Shown here: positions 1-10,686 of the stretch, piece by piece | Numbering within the stretch: the first letter of the stretch is position 1 | Layout of the letters: each line of letters starts with the position of its first letter | IMG/VR virus record: IMGVR_UViG_3300043419_000898 | Span: 18,498 to 82,497 of that record | DNA: 64,000 bases | Direction: 5' to 3' (one strand) | From: a virus | Made by a program: the position numbers and the translations under genes | Notes under the pieces: model-generated | Seen by the model: only the letters and a program-made list of their open reading frames with translations | Told to the model about the DNA's origin: nothing | Database searches by the model: none

Positions 1-618
1 TATGCCATTGTTGCACAAGAACAAGCAATCGGTTACCGATGTATTAAAGTTATAAGCCGAACCTGTTGTTTGACCTTCAATATATAATCCAACATCGCCA
101 TAAAAAATACATTTACTTATTGTTGAATCTAGAGGATTATTAGCAGATGTAGCTAATCGCACAATCCCTCTAGCACCACCACTTTGCGCAGACCACGTTG
201 AAAACACGCAGTTTTGCAATGTTATATTTCTTGCACTTGTAAATTGCGTATAACCATTACCAACTATATGCACATTTTGTAACGTCACATAAGTTTTAGC
301 GCAGGTTAATATATTCCCAAATGTCGGAACAACATTGTCTGATGCAAAATTTGTCATCAAAACAATGTTTGGAGTTACTCCAGAAAATTGTGATGCGACA
401 GGGTCTCCAGAGATTACGAGCGTTTGACTAACTGATGGCGTAACCGTCACTGTAGGAGATTCTCGGTAGATACCGGGCGCAATATATAAATAATTCGCAC
501 CACTCGTTAAAACCATATTGGCTAATGCATAAGTAATAGTTTGCCACGCCTGATTTGCAGCTGAACCAGTGCCTGCGTTGGCATTATTGCCGTCTGTCCT
601 AACGTAATAAGTCGCCAT
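1..618 (-). CDS. Beta-helix (pectin-lyase-like) tailspike/virion protein, paralogue 7, truncated by window edge
   Basis: Translated by hand from ATG at 618: MATYYVRTDGNNANAGTG...AWQTI...LYIAPGIYRE, the same N-terminus as six neighbours; open to position 1. Confidence 0.7.
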   Translation of the reverse strand, partial: MATYYVRTDGNNANAGTGSAANQAWQTITYALANMVLTSGANYLYIAPGIYRESPTVTVTPSVSQTLVISGDPVASQFSGVTPNIVLMTNFASDNVVPTFGNILTCAKTYVTLQNVHIVGNGYTQFTSARNITLQNCVFSTWSAQSGGARGIVRLATSANNPLDSTISKCIFYGDVGLYIEGQTTGSAYNFNTSVTDCLFLCNNGI

Positions 619-845
619 TATTCGGCATCTCCACTAATAATCTGTTGAGCCATAATCACTGCGAACTGTTGCACGATGCCATACTGAAACTGCTCATCCT
701 GCATCACCCACCAGACGTTGACCGATGTTCCATCATGTCCAAACGCTCCAAGGATGTTTCCAGCATCGTCTTCAATGTCACCAAATACACGCCAATCAGT
801 AGACGGTGCAGGTTCCTTTTCAATGCGGAAGTTTTGCAGGTTCAT
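618..845 (-). CDS. Small partner protein of the tailspike array (possible chaperone/adaptor)
   Basis: MNLQNFRIE..DWRVFGDIEDDAGNILG.FG.DGTS; paralogue of 6777..7067 and 12515..12961. Confidence 0.6.
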   Translation of the reverse strand: MNLQNFRIEKEPAPSTDWRVFGDIEDDAGNILGAFGHDGTSVNVWWVMQDEQFQYGIVQQFAVIMAQQIISGDAE

Positions 846-991
846 TTGCCCACCTTCAAAGCACTTGCCTGAACACCCTTGAAAGGCATCGTGAGGAACG
901 CCAGCACACTAGACACCGCAGCGGAGACTCCAGCCGCTACAGCCTTGCTCCCATATACCGCCATCACTGCTCCGTAGACCGTAGTATTCAT
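842..991 (-). CDS. 49-aa hydrophobic ORF, probable holin C-terminal fragment
   Basis: MNTTVYGAVMAVYGSKAVAAGVSAAVSSVLAFLTMPFKGVQASALKVGK; start and stop overlap both neighbours; loosely resembles the second half of 13530..13886. Confidence 0.45.
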   Translation of the reverse strand: MNTTVYGAVMAVYGSKAVAAGVSAAVSSVLAFLTMPFKGVQASALKVGK

Positions 992-3015
992 TACCGTCTC
1001 CTAACCCTTAGCATCATAGGTCCATGTATAGCAGTATCAGCACCGCCATTATTGCGCCTTGCGTATACCTTGTAATCGCCAGCCGTAGTAGTCACTACAG
1101 TATCGAGAATAAACGTCATCTCACCGTTTGACTCATACTGAATTGTCGGCGTATAGGTAGATATAAGGTTCCCAGATGAGTACACCTCTACGGTACACGT
1201 AGCGGCTCCTATAGGCACTGCTGTGTTGTACGTATCAACTATCTGCAACTTTACAGTTGTTGATGTACCTTGGATGATATCTAGTTCACCGTTTGCACCG
1301 AGTTGGTCAGATATCAACTTGTAGCCGGGAGTACTGATAAGCATAGATGCTTGGTCAAACTCTACGGTCACATATGCACCGTTAGTGCCAGATGCACCCT
1401 TGATAGTAAACGATGCTGTAGTAGTGTTGGCGGCTATCATCGCATTAGGAATATCGAACCTATAAAGTCCCGGCATCCTAACTGCATCTACTTCACAGAA
1501 GCCACCAGATACCCACGCTCCAGTTGGTGTCTGAGCAACCAGCGGTACGGTCACTGTAGCACTGTTGTTTCTGACGTAGTAGCAAACTAAGTTAGGCGTG
1601 TCGAATGATATGCCCGTAACACCTAGGAAGACATAAGTTGACTGACTTTGCGAACCGGGTGTAGTCCTGAATGTCGTTGTCTGTCGTTCTGATGGTATGT
1701 ACTGTCCAATAGTAGATAGGTCAACTCTGTTAGCCATACCGACAGTTGGTGCGGAACCAGTTGGATATGCAGTGCCAAACGCATCTGTTGTGTATCTAAA
1801 TCTACGATGCTGGATAGTTCCAGCAGTGGATGGAGTAAGACCAGTACAAGTGAAGGATGTAGTTCCGGTGACTGTTGCTACAGTGTATGTTTGCAGAGCA
1901 GTGATGTTGCCGAGTGTAGTCAAGAATTGAATCTTGTCACCAACAACATAGACGTTTCCACCAAGCGGAATTTCGGCAGAACCAGCAGTGATTCCAACAG
2001 ATAGAGAGTTTGGAGTGCCGGATGAGATGAGGTTACTACCAAGGCGTGGTGCATACCAGTCGTTTACACCAAGACCAAATAGTCGTTCCATACCGTGAGA
2101 TAGTGTTGGGTTACATATAACATTATTACTACCTACCGCTGTATTGAGTGCTACATTTGCGTAACCACTTTGAATCATACTTGATTTGTTGTAATCCGCA
2201 TAAATAGCATTAGCGATATTTGCTTGACAGTAGTTAAATGTAATCTGTTGTGCGTAGTTGTTGTAGTATTTTGCTTGCAATGTTGCATCAGTTACACCGG
2301 ACACTTCTAAGCACCTGTGTACTTGGTGAAACGTATTATTAAATACAAGCGTATTTGCAGGAGTATATCCAGTTAAGAATATTGCCCCGTTTCCAGCACC
2401 ATTTGCGTTTCCACCACCGGTGAAATAATTGTTGGCAATGACTGTATTTGACTCTATTGCTGATGAGCCAGCATGAGTAACTTGTAATATCACACTACCT
2501 ACAGCCGTCCTGCATAAGACTATGTTGTCAGTGAAAATAAAATTTAATGCCACATTGTTTGGGCTGCCGATAGTGCCAACATTACTCCAACAAATAAATG
2601 CACATTGGTCTACAATCCAGTTTGTACAAGTAGTTGCACTAAAACCGGTGTTCCAGTTTTCAAACAACAACTTACGAAAAGTTAAAAAGTTCTTTGATGT
2701 AGCAGTAAGAGCAGTTCCACTATAGTTAACTTGTGCGTTATCAGCCGCCGTAGATGTAATACGGACTACACCCGGTGTGATGTCGCTAAACTGAGTACAC
2801 GTAGGGTCACCAAGTATGTTTGTCTGAACAGTAGCCGAAATCATAGCGACAGTCAACGTCTCGTTGTATCGACCCGGTGCAATGTAAACCGTATCACCGG
2901 ACGAGATACCAGCCGCTCCTAGTGCCTTCTGTATAGTCTGCCAAGCCTGAAGCCGACCGGGTCCTAAACCAGTGTTAGCATCACTACCATCGTTACGGAC
3001 ATAGTATGTAGGCAT
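991..3015 (-). CDS. Beta-helix tailspike/virion protein, paralogue 6
   Basis: YYVR.DG.D.NTG / GDTVYIAPG.Y.E N-terminus, Asn/Cys-ladder repeats, conserved GGF.EV...PG.YR.DIP domain, Ig/BppU-like C-terminus. Confidence 0.7.
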   Translation of the reverse strand: MPTYYVRNDGSDANTGLGPGRLQAWQTIQKALGAAGISSGDTVYIAPGRYNETLTVAMISATVQTNILGDPTCTQFSDITPGVVRITSTAADNAQVNYSGTALTATSKNFLTFRKLLFENWNTGFSATTCTNWIVDQCAFICWSNVGTIGSPNNVALNFIFTDNIVLCRTAVGSVILQVTHAGSSAIESNTVIANNYFTGGGNANGAGNGAIFLTGYTPANTLVFNNTFHQVHRCLEVSGVTDATLQAKYYNNYAQQITFNYCQANIANAIYADYNKSSMIQSGYANVALNTAVGSNNVICNPTLSHGMERLFGLGVNDWYAPRLGSNLISSGTPNSLSVGITAGSAEIPLGGNVYVVGDKIQFLTTLGNITALQTYTVATVTGTTSFTCTGLTPSTAGTIQHRRFRYTTDAFGTAYPTGSAPTVGMANRVDLSTIGQYIPSERQTTTFRTTPGSQSQSTYVFLGVTGISFDTPNLVCYYVRNNSATVTVPLVAQTPTGAWVSGGFCEVDAVRMPGLYRFDIPNAMIAANTTTASFTIKGASGTNGAYVTVEFDQASMLISTPGYKLISDQLGANGELDIIQGTSTTVKLQIVDTYNTAVPIGAATCTVEVYSSGNLISTYTPTIQYESNGEMTFILDTVVTTTAGDYKVYARRNNGGADTAIHGPMMLRVRRR

Positions 3016-4877
3016 TACAGTCTCCTAACCTTCAAAGCAAGCGGTCCATAAACAACACTATCTGAAGCACCAGCAGAGCGTACACAGTAAACATTGTAGT
3101 CGCCAGCAGTAGCCGTTACAGTGCTTGTAAGAACAAACGACAACTCACCGTTACCAGCATACTGAACAACCGGCGTATATGTTGCTACTAAGTTGTTGTT
3201 GCTATTGTAGACTTGCACAGAACATGTTGCAGTACCAATATTGACTGGAACATCATACATATCCAACAACTGAATCTTAGTGGTTACCGTAGAGTTCTGA
3301 TTGAGTTCAAGAATGCCGTTGTTTCCACTGTCTTCTGAGTACAACTTAAACTCATTGGTTGATACTAGTGATGATGTTGCTGGATTCTCGATGTTGACGT
3401 TTACGAATGCACCATTGAAAGCGTTAGCACCACGTAGCATGATAGACGCTGATTTAGCACCAGCAAGCATCACGTCGTTAGGGATGTCGAACTTATAAAC
3501 ACCGGGCATTGTTGTTGATGACACTTCGAACAAGCCACCAGATACCCAAGTAGAAGCGTTACCAGCAACTAGTGGGACGTATACGGTAGCACCATTGTCA
3601 CGAGCGTAGTAGCACGTCAAGTTAGGCGTTTGATAGTTTACGCCAGTGGAACCTAGGTAGACGTGTACTGAGACTCCAGTGGAGCCTGATGTGACTGTGA
3701 TTGTTTGGATTGCTCTGTCTAGAGGTACGTAGCCAGCAGTTGATGGGATAGTAGATACTTGCCTGTTATCCATATATCCAATAGTCGGATTTGCTTGATT
3801 CCAAATATTGTTACTGAAATCATATGTAGGCGTACTGAAATTACCAAATGTTGTATTCGCACCAGCACCAATTATCGCAGAACCAAGTAAAGGTGTGTAT
3901 GGTAAGTATTGATATACACTCTCCTTGTATCCTTCTTGTATATCAACTGGCATCGAGTTCAATGTTACGTTTCCAGTACCGGGTCCAAAACTGTTATTAC
4001 TTAAAACAAATCCTGCATTATATGATTGCTGAACTTGATTACTAAAGTCATTTGTAAATGTGTTTGTGACCGGAACACTTAATATTAAACAGTTCGTAAC
4101 CGTCATGGCTGGTCTACCACTCCATGCGTTGCAAGCAAAAATATAATTAGGTTGATTTCTGCCGGGGGCAAGTGTACAGTTCCAATAGTTTGACATATAT
4201 GTGTTATTGGAATTGGCTTTACTTGCTTGAAGATGATAGAAATTTGTAACAGTACCACCAGAGTTAGTGTGTGATGCTCTATCTGCATTTATACATGCAG
4301 TCATAAAACATGATGCAAATAAAACAGTACAAGCAACAGGGTAGTTTGCATTATTGAAATATGCTGGAAATTCAAATAAAGAACAACGCCTAAACGAAAC
4401 CGTCATAACTGGGCTTTCATTAATTTGTGTAAATGACGATTCCTTACAACCAGCATACACAACGCAATCATCAAAAAATACGGACGGACTACTAGTAAAT
4501 GTCATCCACCCGTCAAATCTAAGATTCCTGAACGTATAGAATCCCTTTGAAGAAAGCGTCAATACTGCGCCAGATGGAGCAGTGGCGTCATTCGTCAAGT
4601 TATTACTTATTCTGACAACACCGGCAGTGAGACCCGTTCCCCACGCAACTTGAGTTAGTGATGCATCACCACGAACATCAATATTCAATGACTGCAATGT
4701 AATAGTCGGAGATACATTCTCTCGATACACACCCGGTGCAATCCAAACTGTATCTCCGCCAACTGCTACAGATAACGCTTTGTTGACAGTCCTAAATGCA
4801 CCAGTGCCACTCGCATTAGTAGGTGCTAATCCTGTATTAGTATCGTTGCCATCAGGTCTTACATAATATGTAGGCAT
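3015..4877 (-). CDS. Beta-helix tailspike/virion protein, paralogue 5
   Basis: Same architecture; TAATG stop/start overlap. Confidence 0.7.
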   Translation of the reverse strand: MPTYYVRPDGNDTNTGLAPTNASGTGAFRTVNKALSVAVGGDTVWIAPGVYRENVSPTITLQSLNIDVRGDASLTQVAWGTGLTAGVVRISNNLTNDATAPSGAVLTLSSKGFYTFRNLRFDGWMTFTSSPSVFFDDCVVYAGCKESSFTQINESPVMTVSFRRCSLFEFPAYFNNANYPVACTVLFASCFMTACINADRASHTNSGGTVTNFYHLQASKANSNNTYMSNYWNCTLAPGRNQPNYIFACNAWSGRPAMTVTNCLILSVPVTNTFTNDFSNQVQQSYNAGFVLSNNSFGPGTGNVTLNSMPVDIQEGYKESVYQYLPYTPLLGSAIIGAGANTTFGNFSTPTYDFSNNIWNQANPTIGYMDNRQVSTIPSTAGYVPLDRAIQTITVTSGSTGVSVHVYLGSTGVNYQTPNLTCYYARDNGATVYVPLVAGNASTWVSGGLFEVSSTTMPGVYKFDIPNDVMLAGAKSASIMLRGANAFNGAFVNVNIENPATSSLVSTNEFKLYSEDSGNNGILELNQNSTVTTKIQLLDMYDVPVNIGTATCSVQVYNSNNNLVATYTPVVQYAGNGELSFVLTSTVTATAGDYNVYCVRSAGASDSVVYGPLALKVRRL

Positions 4878-6775
4878 TAGAGATTATTTACCTTTACAGC
4901 AAGCGGTCCAAATACGGCTCTGTCGGTAGTACCACCAGCACGTATTGCATACACGTTGTAGTTACCAGCCGTATTCGTAACAGTGCCGTCAATCACAAAG
5001 GTTACCGCACCGTTTGACGCATACTGCACAGTCGGCGTGTACGAACCTATCAGCACGTTAGCAGAAGAGTAAACTTCAACGGACATCGTTGATGAACCAA
5101 TGTTTACGGCAGTTCCGTTAGTATCTGCTATCTGACACTTGATTGTTGTTACTGTTCCTTTATTGACTGTAAGTACACCATCAGAACCAGCATATTCAGA
5201 CAACAACTTGTACCCAGTTGTAGATAAGTAAGCCGACTGAGCCGGTTGCTTGATATTGATGTTGACATACGCTCCGTTGAACGCATTAGCACCACGCAGC
5301 ATTATGGATGCAGTAGACGCACCAGAAGATATGACTTCGTTAGGTATGTCGAACTTGTATACACCGGGCATCGTTACGGCAGATACTTCGTAGAGGCTAC
5401 CAGAGACCCATGTAGAGGCGTTACCAGCAACTAGCGGTATGTTTACCGATGTGCCGTTATTACGTGCGTAGTAACAAGTAAGGTTAGGTGTCTGGAAGGT
5501 TACTCCGGTGGAGCCTAGGTAGACGTGTACTGACTTGCCGGTTTCAGCCGCTGTGACCGTGACTGTTTGGATAGAACGGTCTAAAGGTACGTAGCCACCT
5601 GCTCCCGGTACAGTTGCTATAACCCTGTTATCCATATACCCAACAGTTGGGTTAAGTTGATTCCACAGATTGTTAGAAAAGTCAGTTGTTGGTGTTGTCC
5701 ATGTTGTCGTACCAACTGTTACGGACTGTGTACCAGCACCTATGACTGGACTAGCCGGTAGTGGTGTATGTGGTACGTAGTTAAATACACCTTGACTGTA
5801 TCCGTCATTTATGTCTATTGGTGCATATTGAAGTGTGACAGAGTTAGCACCAGATGCAACACTAGACCGGGTTATGTTGATACCGTAATTGTAATTCTCA
5901 ACAATTCCTGAAGCCACAGACCTAAATGTAGCAGTAGTTGCAGTAGCAAGTATTAGGCAGTTGATTACTATGAAATTACCTGTCGTCCCACCAACGTTGT
6001 CATTCCATATGTACGAAGGAGTTGTGCGCCCCGGTAAAACAGTGCAGTTAAAGAAACGTACATGCGTAGTTCCCTGAGCACCTGCACCAGCCTCCATACT
6101 CCAATAAAAAGTACCAAGTACTGCTGGGCTTTCACAGACATAAAACAAGCAATCTACAAAAGACAGACGTTCATCAACACTTACATTTAACTGCGCACGA
6201 CCAAATCTCATAGGCACGTTACTGAACGTACATCGAAGGAATTCTATATTCCAAACATACCGGTCACCCAGATTGCTATATCCAAAAAATTCAGTAAGTT
6301 GACCATTCCCAGCAAACTGACAATCAGTAAATCTATGTCCTGAACCACGAGTGTTATCAGTCGTATCCCAAAATGCTACACATCTAAATGAGCCATCTAT
6401 GCGTATCTTTGAGAAGTCATAAAACCTTCTAAGTGTTGCATAGTTAGTACCTAAGTCTAATGTAACACCGGAAGGAGTTGATGAGTCGTTTGTTAGTTGG
6501 TTCGTAAGCCTAATCACACCAACGGTCAACCCAGAACCCCAAGGAACTTGAGTAAGCGTCGGGTCGCCTTTGACATATATGTAAGTGTTTTGAGCCGCAG
6601 TTGTAGGATAAACATTCTCCCTATACGTACCGGGAGCAATCCAAACCGTATCACCGCCAACCGCTACACTAAGTGCCTTGTTGACAGTCCTAAACGAACC
6701 AGTACCAGCGGCGTTAGTTGGAGCAGTGCCGACGTTTAGGTCGTTGCCGTCTGGTCTTACATAGTAAGTAGGCAT
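4877..6775 (-). CDS. Beta-helix tailspike/virion protein, paralogue 4
   Basis: Same architecture; termini closest to paralogue 5. Confidence 0.7.
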   Translation of the reverse strand: MPTYYVRPDGNDLNVGTAPTNAAGTGSFRTVNKALSVAVGGDTVWIAPGTYRENVYPTTAAQNTYIYVKGDPTLTQVPWGSGLTVGVIRLTNQLTNDSSTPSGVTLDLGTNYATLRRFYDFSKIRIDGSFRCVAFWDTTDNTRGSGHRFTDCQFAGNGQLTEFFGYSNLGDRYVWNIEFLRCTFSNVPMRFGRAQLNVSVDERLSFVDCLFYVCESPAVLGTFYWSMEAGAGAQGTTHVRFFNCTVLPGRTTPSYIWNDNVGGTTGNFIVINCLILATATTATFRSVASGIVENYNYGINITRSSVASGANSVTLQYAPIDINDGYSQGVFNYVPHTPLPASPVIGAGTQSVTVGTTTWTTPTTDFSNNLWNQLNPTVGYMDNRVIATVPGAGGYVPLDRSIQTVTVTAAETGKSVHVYLGSTGVTFQTPNLTCYYARNNGTSVNIPLVAGNASTWVSGSLYEVSAVTMPGVYKFDIPNEVISSGASTASIMLRGANAFNGAYVNINIKQPAQSAYLSTTGYKLLSEYAGSDGVLTVNKGTVTTIKCQIADTNGTAVNIGSSTMSVEVYSSANVLIGSYTPTVQYASNGAVTFVIDGTVTNTAGNYNVYAIRAGGTTDRAVFGPLAVKVNNL

Positions 6776-6776
6776 A

Positions 6777-7067
6777 CTAACCCTCCTGCGGTGGAACTGG
6801 GTTCAGGATAGCGTCAGCCATATGTTGAAGGAACATATCAACCCAGCCTGACTGCTTGTCCAATGGTTGTGTAGTAAAGAACTGAAACAACGAAGTACCT
6901 TGTGGCACTCCTTCAGCGTCTGGATTGTTGAATGTCCCTAAGATGTAGGCAGGGTCAGGATTTTGCGGGTCGTAAAACTCGCTGACAATATCTCCAAACA
7001 CTTTCCAGTCGTTTGTTTCTGGTACGTGTTCTTTTCGGATGTTTGCGAAACTGTTATTGAGACCCAT
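6777..7067 (-). CDS. Small partner protein of the tailspike array
   Basis: NDWKVFGDIV...ILGTF...GTSLFQFF..Q, homologous to 618..845. Confidence 0.55.
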   Translation of the reverse strand: MGLNNSFANIRKEHVPETNDWKVFGDIVSEFYDPQNPDPAYILGTFNNPDAEGVPQGTSLFQFFTTQPLDKQSGWVDMFLQHMADAILNPVPPQEG

Positions 7068-7084
7068 AGTAATTTAGTCTAACC

Positions 7085-8863
7085 TTATGGCGATAACACT
7101 TCAAGTTTCATACGACCAAAGACGTTTATCTCAGAACCTATCTGCCGTGAAATATTGATGGTGTACATACCAACAACATTAGTCACCGTAGCGTCTATAG
7201 CAAACGAGTATCTGCCGTCTTCAGCGTATTTAGCAGTACAAGGGTACGAGTCAACCAAGAAGCCAGCACTGTTGTAAGCATTAGCAGTAACGACTGTGCC
7301 TGTACCATCTACGCCTGTGCCGTACTGGTCAACCATCTTGAAGTCGATTGAGTGGATAGAACCCTTGAACAGTTTGAGGCGTTCGTCTGTGAGTACACCA
7401 TCTGCTTGTACGGTAAATGGACCCATACGTACTTGTGAACCAAGGATAGGTGGTTCTTGAATAACAACAACTGCACCGTTAGTTCCTGATGCACCTCTAA
7501 CCGTAACCACTGTCTGGGTGTATGCGGCAGATATTGCTGCGTTAGGTATGTCTAGTCGATACACGCCGGGTTGATTAGCCGCACTGACTTCTGCAAAACC
7601 TCCGGATACCCATGCGCCTGTTGTTGTTTGTGCTACTAGTGCAATAGATACTGGAGCGGCATCTTCCTTAGTGTAATAGGCTTGAAGACCGGCGGTTGTA
7701 GCAGTAAGACCTGTAGCACCTAAATATAGGTAGAGTGAGCGGGATGTTGAGCCAGCGGTGATACTGATTTGGGTAGTTTCATCTAAGTTAGGTAAGTATG
7801 TACCGATACCTGTGAGTGTTCTGTATTTTGCAACTCCAATATCAGGATTAGTGCCCCATGCTTGACCATACATATCGACAGTTGGTGCACCTGAAAGCAA
7901 TCCAGCAAGAGCATTGGGGCTGTTAAATGTATTTCCAAATATCTGTACTGGACCATAGCCTTGAAGTAGGCTTTGACCAAAATCCAGACCAGACCATGAT
8001 GCAACTGTTGTATTTGCACCTTGAGCCACATTTAGTCTATTATTAACACCGTAAACACGGTTAAAGTTTTCGGTTACACCTAAGTTTAGGTTAGATTGAA
8101 ACGCATATGTGCCTGTTGCATAAATTAGACAATTGTAAATATTTATAACTCCTGAGCCTGAAATATGAGCCTGCGAAGTCCTAAATGGTGTTGAACCCAT
8201 TAGTACACAGTTATAAATATTCACACCCGACAAAAGATAAGGATTGTATCCAGTATTTTGGTCTGTAAGAAAAATTGCGTTTTCACCTGTTAGGACACAA
8301 TCACTTAAAGCAAAACCAACATTTTGTGCTGACCCTAAATTCCTATAGTTGTATTGAATCCCGTTCACTGTCCCAGTGAAAACACTTTGCTTGACAACTG
8401 TATTGAAGTTTGAATTGGTAGTACCGCTAAACGTAAATGCCGATGTTGTTGCCGATGTACTAAAACATAAACACCTTTCAACCGTTAAATTAGTACTAGT
8501 TGCTATGTTTAATCCACCAATAATTAAGTCTCTGAATGTCAGGTTATTCTTACTTGTTCCAGTAATAGCGTCGGATGTTGACACAGTGTTGTCATTAATC
8601 GCTGGGGTAATTCTAACTTCACCTGCCGATACACCAACAAACTGTGAAGCAGTTGGGTTACCGTAGATATTCGTCGCTGATGCGTACGTGCCACCAATCG
8701 TAACTGTTTCCCTATACGTACCCGGTGCTATCCACAACGTGTCCCCACTAGTTATGCCACTTGCACTTAGTGCTTTTGCTATAGTTCGCCACGCTGTAGA
8801 TGCAGTTGAACCTAAGCCCGTATTAGCGTCGTTGCCATCCGGTCTTACATAATACGTAGCCAT
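7085..8863 (-). CDS. Beta-helix tailspike/virion protein, paralogue 3
   Basis: Same architecture. Confidence 0.7.
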   Translation of the reverse strand: MATYYVRPDGNDANTGLGSTASTAWRTIAKALSASGITSGDTLWIAPGTYRETVTIGGTYASATNIYGNPTASQFVGVSAGEVRITPAINDNTVSTSDAITGTSKNNLTFRDLIIGGLNIATSTNLTVERCLCFSTSATTSAFTFSGTTNSNFNTVVKQSVFTGTVNGIQYNYRNLGSAQNVGFALSDCVLTGENAIFLTDQNTGYNPYLLSGVNIYNCVLMGSTPFRTSQAHISGSGVINIYNCLIYATGTYAFQSNLNLGVTENFNRVYGVNNRLNVAQGANTTVASWSGLDFGQSLLQGYGPVQIFGNTFNSPNALAGLLSGAPTVDMYGQAWGTNPDIGVAKYRTLTGIGTYLPNLDETTQISITAGSTSRSLYLYLGATGLTATTAGLQAYYTKEDAAPVSIALVAQTTTGAWVSGGFAEVSAANQPGVYRLDIPNAAISAAYTQTVVTVRGASGTNGAVVVIQEPPILGSQVRMGPFTVQADGVLTDERLKLFKGSIHSIDFKMVDQYGTGVDGTGTVVTANAYNSAGFLVDSYPCTAKYAEDGRYSFAIDATVTNVVGMYTINISRQIGSEINVFGRMKLEVLSP

Positions 8864-10686
8864 CAGTTAGCCCTCACCAAACATCTCAGCGGTCCAAACA
8901 CAACTATATTCCCACCAACCTGACGTGTAACAGTCACCGTATAGTGACCACTATTATCCGTTACCGTCGTATCCAAGTTGAACGAACAACGACCATCTAA
9001 CGCATAGGTTGGAGTACAAGTATACGTGTCTATCAACTGACTAGACGCATTGTAGATTTTAGCAGTAACACTAGCACCAGTAATATCTACACCACCACCG
9101 CTATTATCAACCAACTGAAGGTCTACAGGTGCTTGTACGCCTTTGAGTACTTCTAGTGGGTTGTCTGCACCCATATGGTTGGATATCAGTTTGTATGGAC
9201 CCATGTAGATTTGACTGCCACGTTCCGGTGGGTCTTGGATGGTTACGACTGCACCGTTTGTTCCAGATGCTCCTCTGACGGTCACGACTGTTTGGTTGTA
9301 TCCAGCGGATATAGCGGCATCTGGAATATCAAGTCTATAGATACCCGGCTGATTGATAGCACTGACTTCAGCAAATCCACCTGCTACCCATGCACCCGTT
9401 GGAGTCTGAGCGACTAGCGGTATTGATACTGGAATGCCGTCTTCTTTAGTGTAGTAGGCTTGTAATCCAGTTGTTGAAGTTGTTAAACCAGTAACGCCTA
9501 AGTAGACGTAGATTGAGCGTGATGTAGAACCCGCTTGCATAGACATAACAGAAGCGTTGCGTTCGGTTGGTTGGTAATAACTTGTGCCAGTCAACTGGAT
9601 TGATGTAAGTGCGCCTGCATCTGGGTCGGCTCCACCGTTGAACCAAGTCTGTCCAAATAGGTCTGTTGTCAACGCTCCAGTCGGGTCACCGAAGCCTATG
9701 TTAAGACTTCCCGGTAAAGCACTAAACCACGTCTGCTTTGCTGACAAACCGAACAATTGAGACATTCCAATATCAACCATAACAGGACCAACCGTGACGG
9801 TATTTGCACCAGTCGCCACACTACTAAGACTAGCCGTGCAACCTATGATGCGATTGTAGTCTTGAATATTCACTGTTGATGAACGTCCAGCAATACCTGT
9901 ACCACAGTTAGTAATGATGCAGTTTTGTACGTTAGTAGGGTATGTTGGATTACCACAATCAAAATTTATACCAATCACTGCTGATTGAATATAGCAGTTG
10001 TAGATATTGATTCCACCCGCTAGTAATCCTGCTCCTGTAGTTCGATAAAAACCTATTGCAGGAGTACTTGCAGTAACAGGGGAAGTGCCAACGAAAGCAC
10101 AGTCTTGAATTGTATACCCTAGAGACCAATCAGATGTATGATTTCCACCTACATCGGCATATATACCAGTACCACCAGTCATAAAAATACATCGTCTTAC
10201 TGTATTGTTTACAGTAATACCGGTATTGAATGAACTAACAATACCTTTTGATAATGTAAGGCTTGAACCAATAAATGCACAATTTTCAATAAGCCAATTA
10301 GTGCCAGCAAAGTTAGACAATATCGTTGCCGACCCATCAAAATACAAATAACTTATATTTATATAGTTTTTTCCACTACCAGAAATAATTGACCCAGATG
10401 GCGATGCAGTATCCGTTGTCAAGTAATTTGTGAGGCGGACAAGACCTTGTGGAACATTTGCAAACCGTGCTGCGGTCGGGTCTCCGATAATGTATGTAGC
10501 CGCTGTATACGTTCCACCTATCGTGATGTTTTCACGATACGTTCCCGGTGCGATGTAAACAGTATCGCCTGAACCAATACCAGTTGTACCAAGTGCCTTT
10601 TGAACTGTTCTCCACGCCTGAGCCGCACTGCTACCTAAACCCGTATTAGCGTCGTTCCCGTCAGGTCGAACATAGTAGGTAGCCAT
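8863..10686 (-). CDS. Beta-helix tailspike/virion protein, paralogue 2
   Basis: Same architecture. Confidence 0.7.
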   Translation of the reverse strand: MATYYVRPDGNDANTGLGSSAAQAWRTVQKALGTTGIGSGDTVYIAPGTYRENITIGGTYTAATYIIGDPTAARFANVPQGLVRLTNYLTTDTASPSGSIISGSGKNYINISYLYFDGSATILSNFAGTNWLIENCAFIGSSLTLSKGIVSSFNTGITVNNTVRRCIFMTGGTGIYADVGGNHTSDWSLGYTIQDCAFVGTSPVTASTPAIGFYRTTGAGLLAGGINIYNCYIQSAVIGINFDCGNPTYPTNVQNCIITNCGTGIAGRSSTVNIQDYNRIIGCTASLSSVATGANTVTVGPVMVDIGMSQLFGLSAKQTWFSALPGSLNIGFGDPTGALTTDLFGQTWFNGGADPDAGALTSIQLTGTSYYQPTERNASVMSMQAGSTSRSIYVYLGVTGLTTSTTGLQAYYTKEDGIPVSIPLVAQTPTGAWVAGGFAEVSAINQPGIYRLDIPDAAISAGYNQTVVTVRGASGTNGAVVTIQDPPERGSQIYMGPYKLISNHMGADNPLEVLKGVQAPVDLQLVDNSGGGVDITGASVTAKIYNASSQLIDTYTCTPTYALDGRCSFNLDTTVTDNSGHYTVTVTRQVGGNIVVFGPLRCLVRAN

